Below are positions 27,774 through 37,163 of a DNA stretch of 64,000 bases, piece by piece. The notes under the pieces were generated by a model that was not told where the DNA came from, made no database searches, and was given only the letters and a program-made list of their open reading frames with translations. This DNA comes from a virus (Duplodnaviria; Caudoviricetes). The position numbers and the translations under genes are program-made. The stretch covers positions 20,849 to 84,848 of the IMG/VR virus record IMGVR_UViG_2861773553_000003; one strand, 5' to 3'. The number at the start of each line of letters is the position of its first letter. Positions within the stretch are counted from its first letter, which is position 1.

Positions 27774-28406
27774 ATGGAACTCCCGATCAACCTCCCGAAG
27801 TCCCTGATCCACAACGCCCAGCTCCACAACGTCAACATCCGGGAAGCCGTGACCGAGGCGTTGGAGCGCGCGACCCGGTTGCACGAGATCGCCGGGCGCG
27901 AGGTCTACGACGTGCACGAGCAGGCCGACGCCGATGGTGAGTGCGCCTTGGCTCACGAGTCCCTGGAGGGGGACCTGAGGTACGCCATCGCCCGCGCCCG
28001 CGCCCTGCTCGTCATGGCGGGGCTCGACCCCGAGGACGTCTGCCGGTCCGTGGACGTGACCACGTGCCCGATGACCGGGCACGTGATCGTCGATGCGAAC
28101 CCCGCCGTACTCCACGACGCCGTGTCCGTGATCGAAAAGGAGCTGATCAACCACGACCTCGACCGGCGCGTGGCGCTGGCCGTGATCCGCAGCGTGGGTG
28201 AGCTGTGGGCGGCTACCGCCGCCGTCGAGCCGCAGGACCTGCGCGCCGTCCGGCGCGAGGTCCACCGGATCGCGGACCTGTCGGCCGTGTACGGCGCGCG
28301 GGACCTGTCCATCGTCGTGAACGCGCTGGCCTACGCGCTCACGTCGGCCGTGCACGTCACGGTCGTGGAGGTCGTGGACAACAGCGGCCTCCCGAACCTG
28401 AACTAG
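27774..28406 (+). CDS. Hypothetical protein
   Basis: AAGGA RBS, strong codon bias. Confidence 0.75.
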   Translation: MELPINLPKSLIHNAQLHNVNIREAVTEALERATRLHEIAGREVYDVHEQADADGECALAHESLEGDLRYAIARARALLVMAGLDPEDVCRSVDVTTCPMTGHVIVDANPAVLHDAVSVIEKELINHDLDRRVALAVIRSVGELWAATAAVEPQDLRAVRREVHRIADLSAVYGARDLSIVVNALAYALTSAVHVTVVEVVDNSGLPNLN

Positions 28407-28514
28407 GCGCGCTGCGGTCCGCGTGCGCCTTCCCTGCACCCCGCACGCGGACCGCACGGCCCCGAGCGCGCGCCGGGCCTCGTGCACACCCCGGCCCGCT
28501 GCGCCGGGGCCACC

Positions 28515-28552
28515 GGCCCCCGGCTCGTCCCTGACGAGCCGGGGGCCTTTCT
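28515..28552 (+). terminator. Intrinsic terminator
   Basis: GGCCCCCGGCTCGTC-cct-GACGAGCCGGGGGCC followed by TTTCT. Confidence 0.75.
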
Positions 28553-28565
28553 CATGCCCGCGCGG

Positions 28566-28670
28566 ATGCTGGCATGGCACATGCTGGCGGGCGGATCGGC
28601 CGCCAGCACGTGCCAGCACGCGCCAGCGCGACGCGTGCTGGCACGTGCCCGGCGTAGGCGTGCTGGCGCG
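28566..28670. repeat. Cluster of seven TGCTGGC / GCCAGC(A) motifs
   Basis: Forward at 28567, 28582, 28636, 28661; reverse at 28602, 28612, 28622 (10-bp period). Confidence 0.6.
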
Positions 28671-28837
28671 CGGGCCTGGGCGCTGTGCGCGCCGACACCG
28701 AACGGGGCGCGTCAGCGCCCCGTTCGGGGCGTTCGATCCACCCCACCCCCGCCGCGCCGATCACGGGGCGGCGATCAACTCGCGGTCGCTCGCCCGGTTG
28801 GGTTTCGGGGATCGGGCGGGGGCCGAAGGAGGGGCTC

Positions 28838-29209
28838 CTAGTCGGGGGTGCCCATGGCGCGCAAGACGCGGTCACGGCGGTCGAGCGCGGCGCGCAGCGC
28901 GATGATCGATCCGGCGAGCGCCATCGCGCTGGGCCCGGCCAGGATGATGGCGGGCAGCGGCGTGGTCATGGACCGGCTCACCCAGTCGGCGGCGTCACTG
29001 ACCTCGTGTGTCGCCCGCTCGGCCAAGGACGCCTGGAGCGCGGCCAGGGCGACGGGGAACTCCTCGGTGCCCAGCGCCTGGATCTGCTCATGGGTGGGGG
29101 CCGGCCCCCCGGCCTCGCCCGTCAGGATGTCGATGACGTCATCGCTGACGTTGCACAGCTGATGCCACACGAGGGCGAGTTCGGCGAGCTCGTCGGGGCT
29201 GGCGTCCAT
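28838..29209 (-). CDS. Hypothetical protein
   Basis: ORF with normal composition. Confidence 0.6.
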   Translation of the reverse strand: MDASPDELAELALVWHQLCNVSDDVIDILTGEAGGPAPTHEQIQALGTEEFPVALAALQASLAERATHEVSDAADWVSRSMTTPLPAIILAGPSAMALAGSIIALRAALDRRDRVLRAMGTPD

Positions 29210-29256
29210 GGGGGCATCCTGACACGGGTCGGCCCGCCGTCAAGGGGGTTCGGTGG

Positions 29257-29460
29257 TCAGCGGGTGCCGCCGATGAGGAGCCAGAGCTTGCGGGCGCGCA
29301 GCGAGTCGAACTCGTGGCGGGCGGCCTGGTCCCGCAGGTCGTCGTAGGTGAGCCCGAGGTCGTCCAGGGCGGCCTGGACGGCGGCGGCGAACTCGGCCTC
29401 GGTCACCACGATGACGTCCTCGGGCTCGGCAGGGGTGTCCATGTCGGAAGGGGTGTCCAT
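29257..29460 (-). CDS. Small hypothetical protein
   Basis: GGAGA RBS; ALDDLGLTYDDLRDQA. Confidence 0.65.
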   Translation of the reverse strand: MDTPSDMDTPAEPEDVIVVTEAEFAAAVQAALDDLGLTYDDLRDQAARHEFDSLRARKLWLLIGGTR

Positions 29461-29544
29461 GGGGCGTTCTCCAGGGATTCGGCTGCGCCGAGATGGGCGG
29501 GTTTGTAGGGTAGGCAGTGCGTTCGAGATCACGAGTCTGGGAAT

Positions 29545-29578
29545 GGGGCGGACCGGCACAGGCCGGTCCGCCCCTTTT
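29545..29578 (+). terminator. Intrinsic terminator-like hairpin
   Basis: GGGGCGGACCGGC...GCCGGTCCGCCCC followed by TTTT. Confidence 0.6.
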
Positions 29579-29594
29579 CGTGCCGGGGGGTGCG

Positions 29595-29876
29595 GTGGTC
29601 TGGGTGGATCTGGACACGGCGGCGCGGTGGGCCGCCGTGTCGCGCAAGACGGTCGAGCGGTGGGTCCGCGAGCGGCGACTGGTGTCGCGGCCCGGCCCCG
29701 GGGGCCGGCAGGTGCGCTTGGAGCGGGTGATGGCGGTGGAGTCCGAGCGGCGGGCGTCGCGACGGCGGGGCCGGCCGGGGGCGCGTCCGGGGGGCGGCCT
29801 GATATCCGGCCCGGAGGCGGGCCCGGCCGCTAGCGTGAGCGAAAGGTCGGTGTCGAGCGAGGGGGAGGCGCCGTGA
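29595..29876 (+). CDS. MerR/excisionase-like HTH protein
   Basis: LDTAARWAAVSRKTVERWVRERRL. Confidence 0.65.
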   Translation: MVWVDLDTAARWAAVSRKTVERWVRERRLVSRPGPGGRQVRLERVMAVESERRASRRRGRPGARPGGGLISGPEAGPAASVSERSVSSEGEAP

Positions 29877-30499
29877 TCATCATGGTGGCGGGGATGCGGG
29901 GCGGGTCGGGCCGGACCACGACCGCCTATGGATTGGCGGCCGCGGCCGCCCTCATGGGCCAGACGGTGCGGCTCATCTTGGTCGACGGGGTCGGGATCGC
30001 CGACGGAGCCGGTGGCGGGGACTGGAAGTCCTGGCCCATCTCGATCCACACCGGCCACGCCGAGGACGTGCCCGGCTGGCTGGCCGCGCGGACCGCGCCG
30101 GATGAGGTGGTGATCGTGGACCTGCCGCCGGGCCGCCACGCCTCGCTGGAGCACGCGGACGTGATCGTGGTGCCGGTGCATCATCGGGCGTGCATGCCCA
30201 GGCCGTCCGCCGGCGCCGAGACGGGACCGCTGAGGCTGCTCGGCGTGGAGCACCTGATCACGGCGGGCAGGCCCCTGGTCGTGGTGCCCTGCCGGGTGCT
30301 GCCGAGGGAACGGGCCGACGAGCTGCGCGCGGCCGGCCGGGACGGCGGCGTGTACGTCGCCGAGGCCGAGATCGGCGAGACCAAGGCGCTGCGCATGGCG
30401 ATCACGCCGTACGCCGTGGCGTGGGCGGCGCTGGCGCCTCTGCACCTGCCGCTGTGGCAGGAGGTCGCGCACCAGGCCGAGGCGCGCACCGTCCGCTGA
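29873..30499 (+). CDS. Degenerate ParA-like protein
   Basis: MIIMVAGMRGGSGRTT, VIVDLPP, ADVIVVPV. Confidence 0.7.
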   Translation: MIIMVAGMRGGSGRTTTAYGLAAAAALMGQTVRLILVDGVGIADGAGGGDWKSWPISIHTGHAEDVPGWLAARTAPDEVVIVDLPPGRHASLEHADVIVVPVHHRACMPRPSAGAETGPLRLLGVEHLITAGRPLVVVPCRVLPRERADELRAAGRDGGVYVAEAEIGETKALRMAITPYAVAWAALAPLHLPLWQEVAHQAEARTVR

Positions 30500-30731
30500 C
30501 CCCCGGGGCGTTCAGATTCGTCTCCTTTCGTTCGGGTGCGTTCACCCGGTTGCGCCCGCGCGTGCGGGTGAGGCACGGTGAGAGGGCGTCCTTTCCCTTG
30601 GTCTGGGGAACGCAGGTGTGATCCCTTGTTGGCCCAGGCGGTGACCACCGGAACGAGGCCCTCCGGTTCCCGGGGGGCCTCGTTCACGTGCGGCAGGCAT
30701 CCGTCGCCGCGCCTGGGCCGGGCCCCCGCGG

Positions 30732-31118
30732 CTACCCCCGGTCGTCGCCGCGGACGACCTGCTCCAGAGCCGCAAGGCGCTGGCTCAGCTCGGCCACGAC
30801 GCGGCGCAGGTCGGCGAGCTGGCGTCCCAGGTCGTCGCCGGCCTCGGACGCGGCACTGGCATGGTCGCCGACGAAGACGCCTTTGCCCTGCTGTCCGATG
30901 AGGCGTCCCTCGGCCCGCAGGAGGCGCACGGCCGCCTTCACCACGCCCAGGGACGTGCCGTACCGCGCGGCGAGCTGGGCGGTGGAGGGCAAGGCCTGGC
31001 CGGGCCGCAGCTCGCCCCGGCCGATCCTGCTCCGCAGGTCGTCGGCGATCTGGAGGTAGCCGGGCCGTCCTGTCCACGTGATCGCGGTGTCCCGCTCGGG
31101 CTCCGGCGTCCTCGACAT
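30732..31118 (-). CDS. GntR family regulator
   Basis: YLQIADDLRSRIGRGELRPGQALPS...GKGVFV, with C-terminal coiled coil. Confidence 0.9.
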   Translation of the reverse strand: MSRTPEPERDTAITWTGRPGYLQIADDLRSRIGRGELRPGQALPSTAQLAARYGTSLGVVKAAVRLLRAEGRLIGQQGKGVFVGDHASAASEAGDDLGRQLADLRRVVAELSQRLAALEQVVRGDDRG

Positions 31119-31192
31119 GCACACCCTCCTGCGCTCCCCGCCAACGTAGACGACTAAGAGCCTGTTTCCTGTTCCGAACCCCGCAGATCGTC

Positions 31193-31267
31193 GCGCTGCC
31201 CAACGGATAGCCGTTTCAGGCACCGGGATAAACCGGACATCGGAAACGGCTATCCGTTGGGCAGCGC
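31193..31267. repeat. Perfect 25-bp inverted repeat with 25-nt spacer
   Basis: GCGCTGCCCAACGGATAGCCGTTTC...GAAACGGCTATCCGTTGGGCAGCGC. Confidence 0.85.
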
Positions 31268-31279
31268 CGAGGCGGGGTC

Positions 31280-31870
31280 TCACCCCGTGAAGGAGGGGCC
31301 GGACCCGCGTGGATCGAGCGCCGGTTCGAGCGCCGTGGTGAACGCCAGCAGCAGCACGGACCGCTGCCGGTCGTCCATCAGATCCAGGTGGAACTCATTG
31401 CCGCCCAGGGCGATGGCGGCGTCGAGCACGCCGCGCTGCGCCGTGGAGTGCGGGATGGAGCCGCCGTTCAGCGCCAGGCGCGCGGCGTCCCAGTTGATGA
31501 CGGCATAGCCGTCGGCGCGGAACACACAGGCGGCGACGAATTCCTCGTGGGCGAGCCAGAACCCGTCCTCGATCAGCAGGTTCACGGCGGCGGCGAGGTG
31601 GGGGCGGCCCTCACGCGTGACCCCGGCACGCAGTTCGGCGATCAGCTCGGGGTCCGGGGCGCGGCGGTCCTCCTCCTGTCGCAGCAGGTCCCGCGCCCGG
31701 GTGATCTCCTCGGCCGGGCGGCGGCTCAGCTCCGCGTCCAGGTGTCCCAGCAGTCCCGAGATGCGCAGGAGCGGGCGATCGTCCATCCGGGCAGCCTGGG
31801 CGAGCAGCATCAGGTGGGCGGTGGCCACCGCGGCGAACGGCCGGGGGTCCGGGGTGGTGCGTTCAGCCAT
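31280..31870 (-). CDS. Hypothetical protein
   Basis: GAGGA RBS; AAVNLL...FWL...INWD...LGGNEF. Confidence 0.7.
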   Translation of the reverse strand: MAERTTPDPRPFAAVATAHLMLLAQAARMDDRPLLRISGLLGHLDAELSRRPAEEITRARDLLRQEEDRRAPDPELIAELRAGVTREGRPHLAAAVNLLIEDGFWLAHEEFVAACVFRADGYAVINWDAARLALNGGSIPHSTAQRGVLDAAIALGGNEFHLDLMDDRQRSVLLLAFTTALEPALDPRGSGPSFTG

Positions 31871-31886
31871 GGGTCCTCATCGGGCG

Positions 31887-32372
31887 TCAGCGGGCAGGGG
31901 TGTCGGACTGCGTCGCCGTGTACTCGGCCATCGCGCGCATCGTGGGCCCGAAGTTCTGCCCCGGCCTGGTGGTGGCGTTGCCGGCATGGGCCAGGGCGGC
32001 TGCCGCCACGTGCAGGTACACCCGCGTGTCGGCGGCGAGCCGGGTCGCCGCCTCCATGTCACCGCGGCCGTAGGCGTCCAGGGCCTCCAGCGCCGCCAGC
32101 TCCTGGGCGGGGTCGAGCACCTGGGCCAGCAGGGGCGCCATGGCCGCGCGCACCTGCTCGCGGTTGACGCCCTCACACGTCCAGACCTGCGGGGACAGGC
32201 AGTTCACGGCCACCACGGGGATCATCGCGGTGGCCAGATGCAGGGCCTGCGGATGCTGGGCCATGCCGACGTCGAGCTGACGGGCCAGCTCGACGTCGGG
32301 AAGCGCGTAGGCGGCGACCAGCCCGAGGGTGAGTGCGGCGGGGCCCCATGCGGACGGGGAGGGCGGCTCCAC
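31887..32372 (-). CDS. Hypothetical protein
   Basis: AAAGGA RBS before GTG. Confidence 0.65.
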   Translation of the reverse strand: MEPPSPSAWGPAALTLGLVAAYALPDVELARQLDVGMAQHPQALHLATAMIPVVAVNCLSPQVWTCEGVNREQVRAAMAPLLAQVLDPAQELAALEALDAYGRGDMEAATRLAADTRVYLHVAAAALAHAGNATTRPGQNFGPTMRAMAEYTATQSDTPAR

Positions 32373-32970
32373 GGACGTTCCTTTCTCCGGCGGGCTCGGG
32401 TTTTCGCCATCATCGCGGTTTACGCTCCTGGCCGCAGGTGGAACGGCGCTGTCGGGGCCGTGCGGGGCTTGCGGACTTGACCTAGGGTGCGCCATGATCT
32501 CCCTTTGATAGGGCGCGTCTACCCGGGACCCTGGGGTGGGGCCGGTGACGCGAGCGACGCGCCCCGCACCCCCGATCCCGTACCCGGCGCACCCTGGTTG
32601 GTTGCTCACGGCCGGGCGGATGTGGGGGGAGCGCTGCGACCGTGGGGGGATCCACAGACGTCGGCCTCAGGGCGGGCGTCACGGTCGCATGCGCGCGTTT
32701 CGGGTGCCCGTGGCCGGGATGGTGGTGGCTCAGAGTCCCGGTCACGGGCCCCCGTCCAGGATCTGCCGCAGGTGCTCCTCGATCCAGTCCCCGGTGAGGT
32801 GGCACCGGGCGAGGTCGTCGAGCAGGTGCAGGTAGGCCGCCGACAGGGCCGCCAAGGCCGCGTCCTCGTCCCCGTGCGGGGTCATCGGCTCCTCCTCAGG
32901 GGGCGGGGCTGGGTCCATACCCGCGTCATCTCCTTCGGCCCGGCCGGCCGTACACCGGCGGGTGCATCTT

Positions 32971-33546
32971 TCAGGACTGGCCGAGCCGGCGGGGCTGCGG
33001 GAGCAGCGTCGCCGCCGCCAGCTCCTGGCCGGGCGGGGACAGGTCGAACAGCCGCCGCGGGGGCCGGCCGGGTTCGGGCTCGGTGAACGCCGTCACCCAG
33101 CCGCACCCCTGGAGGTAGGTGAGCATGCGGGAGGCCTGCCGGTAAGGCACGCGGGCGCGTGAGGCGAGCTGGCAGGCGTCGTCCGGGCCCAGCGCCAGGG
33201 CGGCCAGCATCGCCCGATGCACGCGGTCGGCCCCGGCGTCCGGGTCGGCCCTCTCGCGCCGCCACCAGCGGCGGCGGTGCCGCTCCGACAGGTGGAGGAA
33301 GGCGGCCGCCTTGAGCCGGCCGCCCTCGGTCAGCCCGATCTGGGGCGCGCCCTCCTCGCCGCGCGAGGCCACCACCCAGTCGACGGCGCGGAGCGCGTTG
33401 ATGGCGACCATGACCGGCGTGGAGGCCTCCACCGCCGCCGCGAGCGGAACCGGGGCCGACAGCAGCGTCTTCAGCGCCGCACGGAGCGCGGGGTCATCGC
33501 CGAGGCCGTCGGCGCGCAGCGGGAGACGGGAGCGGAACAGGGGCAT
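32971..33546 (-). CDS. Protein with two degenerate PadR-like winged-helix units
   Basis: C-terminal LASRARV...LTYLQGCGWV...PPRRLFDLSPPG. Confidence 0.6.
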   Translation of the reverse strand: MPLFRSRLPLRADGLGDDPALRAALKTLLSAPVPLAAAVEASTPVMVAINALRAVDWVVASRGEEGAPQIGLTEGGRLKAAAFLHLSERHRRRWWRRERADPDAGADRVHRAMLAALALGPDDACQLASRARVPYRQASRMLTYLQGCGWVTAFTEPEPGRPPRRLFDLSPPGQELAAATLLPQPRRLGQS

Positions 33547-33549
33547 GGG

Positions 33550-34038
33550 TCACTCCGGGGAGATCAGCAGGGGGGACGGGGCACGGCCCAGGGCGTAGTC
33601 GACGAGGGTGTCCATCTCGTCGCTCTCGCCGAGGGACGCCAGGGCCGCGATGACGATGAGGCGCTCGACGGCCTCGGGCGCGGTGCCGGGCGGCAGCCCG
33701 AGCGCGACGGCGTTGACGACGCAGGCCGCCTCGTAGCAGACCCGGCGGTTGCGCGCGGTGTTCGCCGTGTACGGCACGAGCACGACGTAGTCCATGTCGT
33801 CAGGGTGGTGGATGTGCCGCCAGTGGTCGTGATCGCACTGGCCGGCCTCGGGCTCGTCCTCCAGGGAGACCAACTCCCAGTCGGCGTGGGCCCTCAGGTG
33901 CTCGCTGAGCTGGGCGGGGCCGGCGGTGAACGGCACGACGGCGAGGAGGCCGGTGCCGGGCAGGCGCCGCAGGGCCCCGTGGACGCGGGCCAGGGTGGCT
34001 TCGTCGAGCAGGTCGTATCCGTCGGGCAGGGAGGGCAC
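33550..34038 (-). CDS. Hypothetical protein, paralog A
   Basis: VVPFTA.P.QL.EHL.A.ADW...GRAPSPLLISPE. Confidence 0.75.
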   Translation of the reverse strand: MPSLPDGYDLLDEATLARVHGALRRLPGTGLLAVVPFTAGPAQLSEHLRAHADWELVSLEDEPEAGQCDHDHWRHIHHPDDMDYVVLVPYTANTARNRRVCYEAACVVNAVALGLPPGTAPEAVERLIVIAALASLGESDEMDTLVDYALGRAPSPLLISPE

Positions 34039-34049
34039 GGGGTCCCCTT

Positions 34050-34559
34050 TCACTCGGGAGGGATCAGCAGGGGGGACGGCGCCCGACCCATGGCGACGGC
34101 GAAGACGGCGGCCATCTCGGGGATCTCGTCCATGGTCGCGGCCGACAGCGCCGCGATGACGGTCAGGCGCTCGAACGTCTCGTCGCTGGCGATGGGCGGC
34201 AGTCCCAGCGCCAGCGCGTTGATGACGTAGGCGGTCTCCAGGCAAGCCCGCCGGTCGTCGTCGGTGACGGCCAGCCCGGCCGGGATGGACACGATGTACT
34301 CATCGGCGTACTCGCTGTCCACCGCGTGCCTGCGGTGCTGGAAATACAGGTGTCCGGGCAGCGGTCCGATCAGCGGGTCCGGGTCGGGCACGAAGGTCCA
34401 GTCCGCGTCCGCCATCAGATGCTCATAGAGCTGGTCGGGGCGCGCGGTGAACGGCACCACGGGGTGGGTGTCGGCCAAGCGCTTCAGCGCCTGGCGCACG
34501 GCCGCCAGGAACGCGCGGTCGTCGTCGTCGAACTGCTCGGGCAGGGGCGGCTCACTCAT
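34050..34559 (-). CDS. Hypothetical protein, paralog B
   Basis: Same motifs, ending GRAPSPLLIPPE. Confidence 0.75.
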   Translation of the reverse strand: MSEPPLPEQFDDDDRAFLAAVRQALKRLADTHPVVPFTARPDQLYEHLMADADWTFVPDPDPLIGPLPGHLYFQHRRHAVDSEYADEYIVSIPAGLAVTDDDRRACLETAYVINALALGLPPIASDETFERLTVIAALSAATMDEIPEMAAVFAVAMGRAPSPLLIPPE

Positions 34560-34571
34560 CGGCGGGCTGCA

Positions 34572-34907
34572 TCACGCCGGCTCGGGGGGCAGGGAGCCCG
34601 GGGAGTCCGGCACCGATAGTTCCTCGCCCACCAGCTCCGGGCCCAGCAGGTCGATGGACATGAGCATGAACACGTCCGCGATCGCGCCACTGGGGAACTT
34701 GGACTCACTCAGCGCCGCGGCCATCGCCGACAGCGCGACCAGGAAGCGGCCCATCTGCGCTTCGGTGAGTCCCGTGGGCGGGTTCGCGCGCAGCCCGTCG
34801 GCGAATCGCCCCGCCGCCCGACGTTCGTTTTCGAGCCGGGCACCGTCCCTGTGCAGGGCCTGCAGGACCTGCTGCAGGGCGGTGCGCTCGCGTGGGGTGA
34901 GGCTCAT
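34572..34907 (-). CDS. Hypothetical protein
   Basis: GGAG RBS, ATGA overlap. Confidence 0.65.
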   Translation of the reverse strand: MSLTPRERTALQQVLQALHRDGARLENERRAAGRFADGLRANPPTGLTEAQMGRFLVALSAMAAALSESKFPSGAIADVFMLMSIDLLGPELVGEELSVPDSPGSLPPEPA

Positions 34908-35251
34908 GTCGTGGCTCCATCGTCGTAGACCGCGTTCCAGCCCAGCCGAACGGACTGGGCGTTGAGGAGGTACCGCCAGCCGGCCGGGCGGGCCTGGCCC
35001 GCCGGATTGCGCCAGGTGATCCCCAGCCGCTCGGCGTCGGACCTGAGGAGGTCGAGGACCGCGCTCAGCCCGGACCGGTCGCGGCCGTCGCCGACGGCGT
35101 CGCGGGTGCGCAGCGTCCCCTCGGTCGAGCCGGCCGCCAGATCGGGCTGGGGGCTGACGAACCAGCCCTCGTCGTTGAACTGCACCCGGCCCCGCCATCC
35201 TGCGCCGTCGTGCCAGACGCTGATGCCGCTGGCCCACCAGTGGCCGATCAC
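34904..35251 (-). CDS. Hypothetical protein
   Basis: AGGAG RBS before GTG (IGHWWASGISV...). Confidence 0.6.
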   Translation of the reverse strand: MIGHWWASGISVWHDGAGWRGRVQFNDEGWFVSPQPDLAAGSTEGTLRTRDAVGDGRDRSGLSAVLDLLRSDAERLGITWRNPAGQARPAGWRYLLNAQSVRLGWNAVYDDGATT

Positions 35252-35836
35252 GACCGCTCCTGCGGGGTCGCGGACACGAGGGACTCGGCCACGTCCGCGA
35301 GTCGGTCGATCAGGACGTCGCACAGATCCGGGGGCACGTCCTCGATGGCCCCCGGCGTCGATCCCCAGCTCGTCCATCAGCGCGGCGGCCGTGCGCCGCA
35401 GATCGCAGGCGCCGCCGGGCGTGGCCTGGCCGGGGTCCAGCCGGGCCCGCAGGCTGGCCGTCATGGCCTCCAGCACGTCGCTCAGCGGGGCGCCGGCCTC
35501 GCGCGCGTGCCGGGCGATCTGGGCCGGCGGGGGAAGCCATCCGGCCGGGATCGCCTGCGCCGGGTGCGTGCCGGTGCGCACGGCGGCGAGGTCGGTGAGG
35601 GTGACCCCGGTGATCGTGACGCGCCCGCCGTACGGGGCGCTCAGCAGGGTCCGGAACAGGTCCTCGACCCGGTATGGGTCGCCCAGGTCCGTGGACAGGT
35701 GCCGGGTCATGCGCCACCCGTCCGCCGTGGGGGCGATGCCCATCTCGGACAGGGCGTCACGCTCGTCGGGGGTGAAATCGGGCTCGACGCGGAAATCCGT
35801 CAGCACGCGCCAGGCGTACTGCAGCCGGATACTCAC
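35248..35836 (-). pseudogene. Hypothetical gene with an apparent 1-bp frameshift near 35350
   Basis: Removing one base from the C5 run at 35349-35353 gives AIEDVPPDLCDVLIDRLAD... ending in a GTGA overlap. Confidence 0.55.
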
Positions 35837-35864
35837 AAACGGGTCTCCTTACCAGGGACGCAGC

Positions 35865-35884
35865 CGCACGCGGTATCGCGTGCG
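35865..35884. promoter_or_regulatory. Dispersed palindrome CGCACGC-N6-GCGTGCG
   Basis: Exact, intergenic, upstream of the RBS for the gene starting at 35836. Confidence 0.8.
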
Positions 35885-35911
35885 GCTGGCAGCGGATCGA
35901 ACGAGCAGGGA

Positions 35912-36166
35912 TCAGCGGATCGGGGTCGCGGTGGCCTCCACGCACTCGGCCTGCGGGAAGACCTGCCGCAGGAGTTGGCTGAACAGGGCCACGGACTGGG
36001 TCTCATCCGCGTGCCAGGCGATATGGCCGACCAGTTGCCAGGTGCGGCCGTCGCCGGTGGGCGTGAACCCGAACTTGGACAGGTCCTCGTGCTCGGCGGG
36101 GGACAGCGTCCGGTCCGGGACGAAGACCAGCCGCACGTGCCAGGCGGGGAGTCGGCGTCCGGTCAT
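35912..36166 (-). CDS. Hypothetical protein
   Basis: ATGA overlap; motif shared with the 35836 and 38059 genes. Confidence 0.6.
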   Translation of the reverse strand: MTGRRLPAWHVRLVFVPDRTLSPAEHEDLSKFGFTPTGDGRTWQLVGHIAWHADETQSVALFSQLLRQVFPQAECVEATATPIR

Positions 36167-36825
36167 GGCTGGGGCCCGTCGGGGTGGGTGCACCGGTCGC
36201 AGCCGCAGGAGGGGTCGCAGCCCGGGTCGGGTGCGGGCGGGTCCGGCGGATCTGCGGCCCGCGCGGTCAGCTCGGAGAGGAAGGTGTCCTCGCCGGGCAG
36301 GTCCGACAGCCCCCAGCGGCCGACCCGCTTGACGGGGTAGTAGGCGCCCACGTGGTGCGGGGGAGACGGTCTGCCGGCGAAGCGTCCTTCGGCGTGCGGC
36401 CGCCGCTGGAAGCCTCGGTAGACCTCGAACGCGGCGGCGTCGAGGTCGATGAGGTAGCCCCACTCGCAGTCCAGCGAGTCGGCGGGGAAGTCGCGGGCGT
36501 CCTCGATGACACCCGCCGCGAGCATGAGTTCGGGCCGGCCTTGCGTCCGCCGCAGCAGGACGTACCAGTCGTCCAGCCGCCCGGTGCTCACGCGCTGGAA
36601 CGCGAACTCCTTCAGGGCCTCGATGTCCTCGGCGCCGGGGCGGGTGCCCGGATCGACGACGCGCAGGGCACGCACCCGTCGGCGCAGCTCGCCGAGGTCG
36701 GCGGCGGCGAGGCGCAGCCAGGACAGGACGCTCGCGCCCACGCCGCCGGGGTAGCTGTCCGCGTGGACGTAGGCGATCTTCTCGTGGCCATCGATCACGA
36801 AGCCGATGAAGCCGCGCGTGCCCAT
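36163..36825 (-). CDS. Widespread phage hypothetical protein
   Basis: MGTRG...YVHADSYPGG...SLDCEWGYLIDLD...FEVY. Confidence 0.8.
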   Translation of the reverse strand: MGTRGFIGFVIDGHEKIAYVHADSYPGGVGASVLSWLRLAAADLGELRRRVRALRVVDPGTRPGAEDIEALKEFAFQRVSTGRLDDWYVLLRRTQGRPELMLAAGVIEDARDFPADSLDCEWGYLIDLDAAAFEVYRGFQRRPHAEGRFAGRPSPPHHVGAYYPVKRVGRWGLSDLPGEDTFLSELTARAADPPDPPAPDPGCDPSCGCDRCTHPDGPQP

Positions 36826-36872
36826 CAGCCCGCGTCCGGGTCATGGTCATGGTTATGGTCGGTCATGGTGGG

Positions 36873-37163
36873 TCACTCCCGGTTCTCGGCGAGGCGCATG
36901 ATGCAGTCGTGGTGCGCCAGCAGCACCCGGGCCATGCCGTGGAACTGGTGCGGCACCAGCCCCAGGCGGCGCAGGAACGGCCGCAGGCCCGGACCGGCGA
37001 ACTTGTAGCGCCACACCAGCGTGTCCATGTAATGGTGGGCGCGGCAGCAGGCGGTGCAGTAGAGGTACATCCGCCCGGTGACGGTGTCCAGGACCTGCTC
37101 GAACAGCATGTCCTCGGCGCCGCCCCAGGGGCGGCGCCGAGGCGCGGGGCGGTCGGCGCTCAC
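36873..37163 (-). CDS. Hypothetical protein with CxxC
   Basis: GTGA overlap. Confidence 0.55.
   Translation of the reverse strand: MSADRPAPRRRPWGGAEDMLFEQVLDTVTGRMYLYCTACCRAHHYMDTLVWRYKFAGPGLRPFLRRLGLVPHQFHGMARVLLAHHDCIMRLAENRE

Noticed and set aside
28727-28743. tRNA or Y RNA T-arm (GGGCG-TTCGATC-CACCC)
   Set aside because: The stem has a mismatch and I could not build an acceptor stem or D arm around it.
30547-30566. Further copies of the dispersed palindrome (also 59301)
   Set aside because: One good half-site with two or more mismatches in the other half, so not counted.
34904-35836. 310-aa single gene
   Set aside because: Better explained as two genes joined by a homopolymer indel near 35350.
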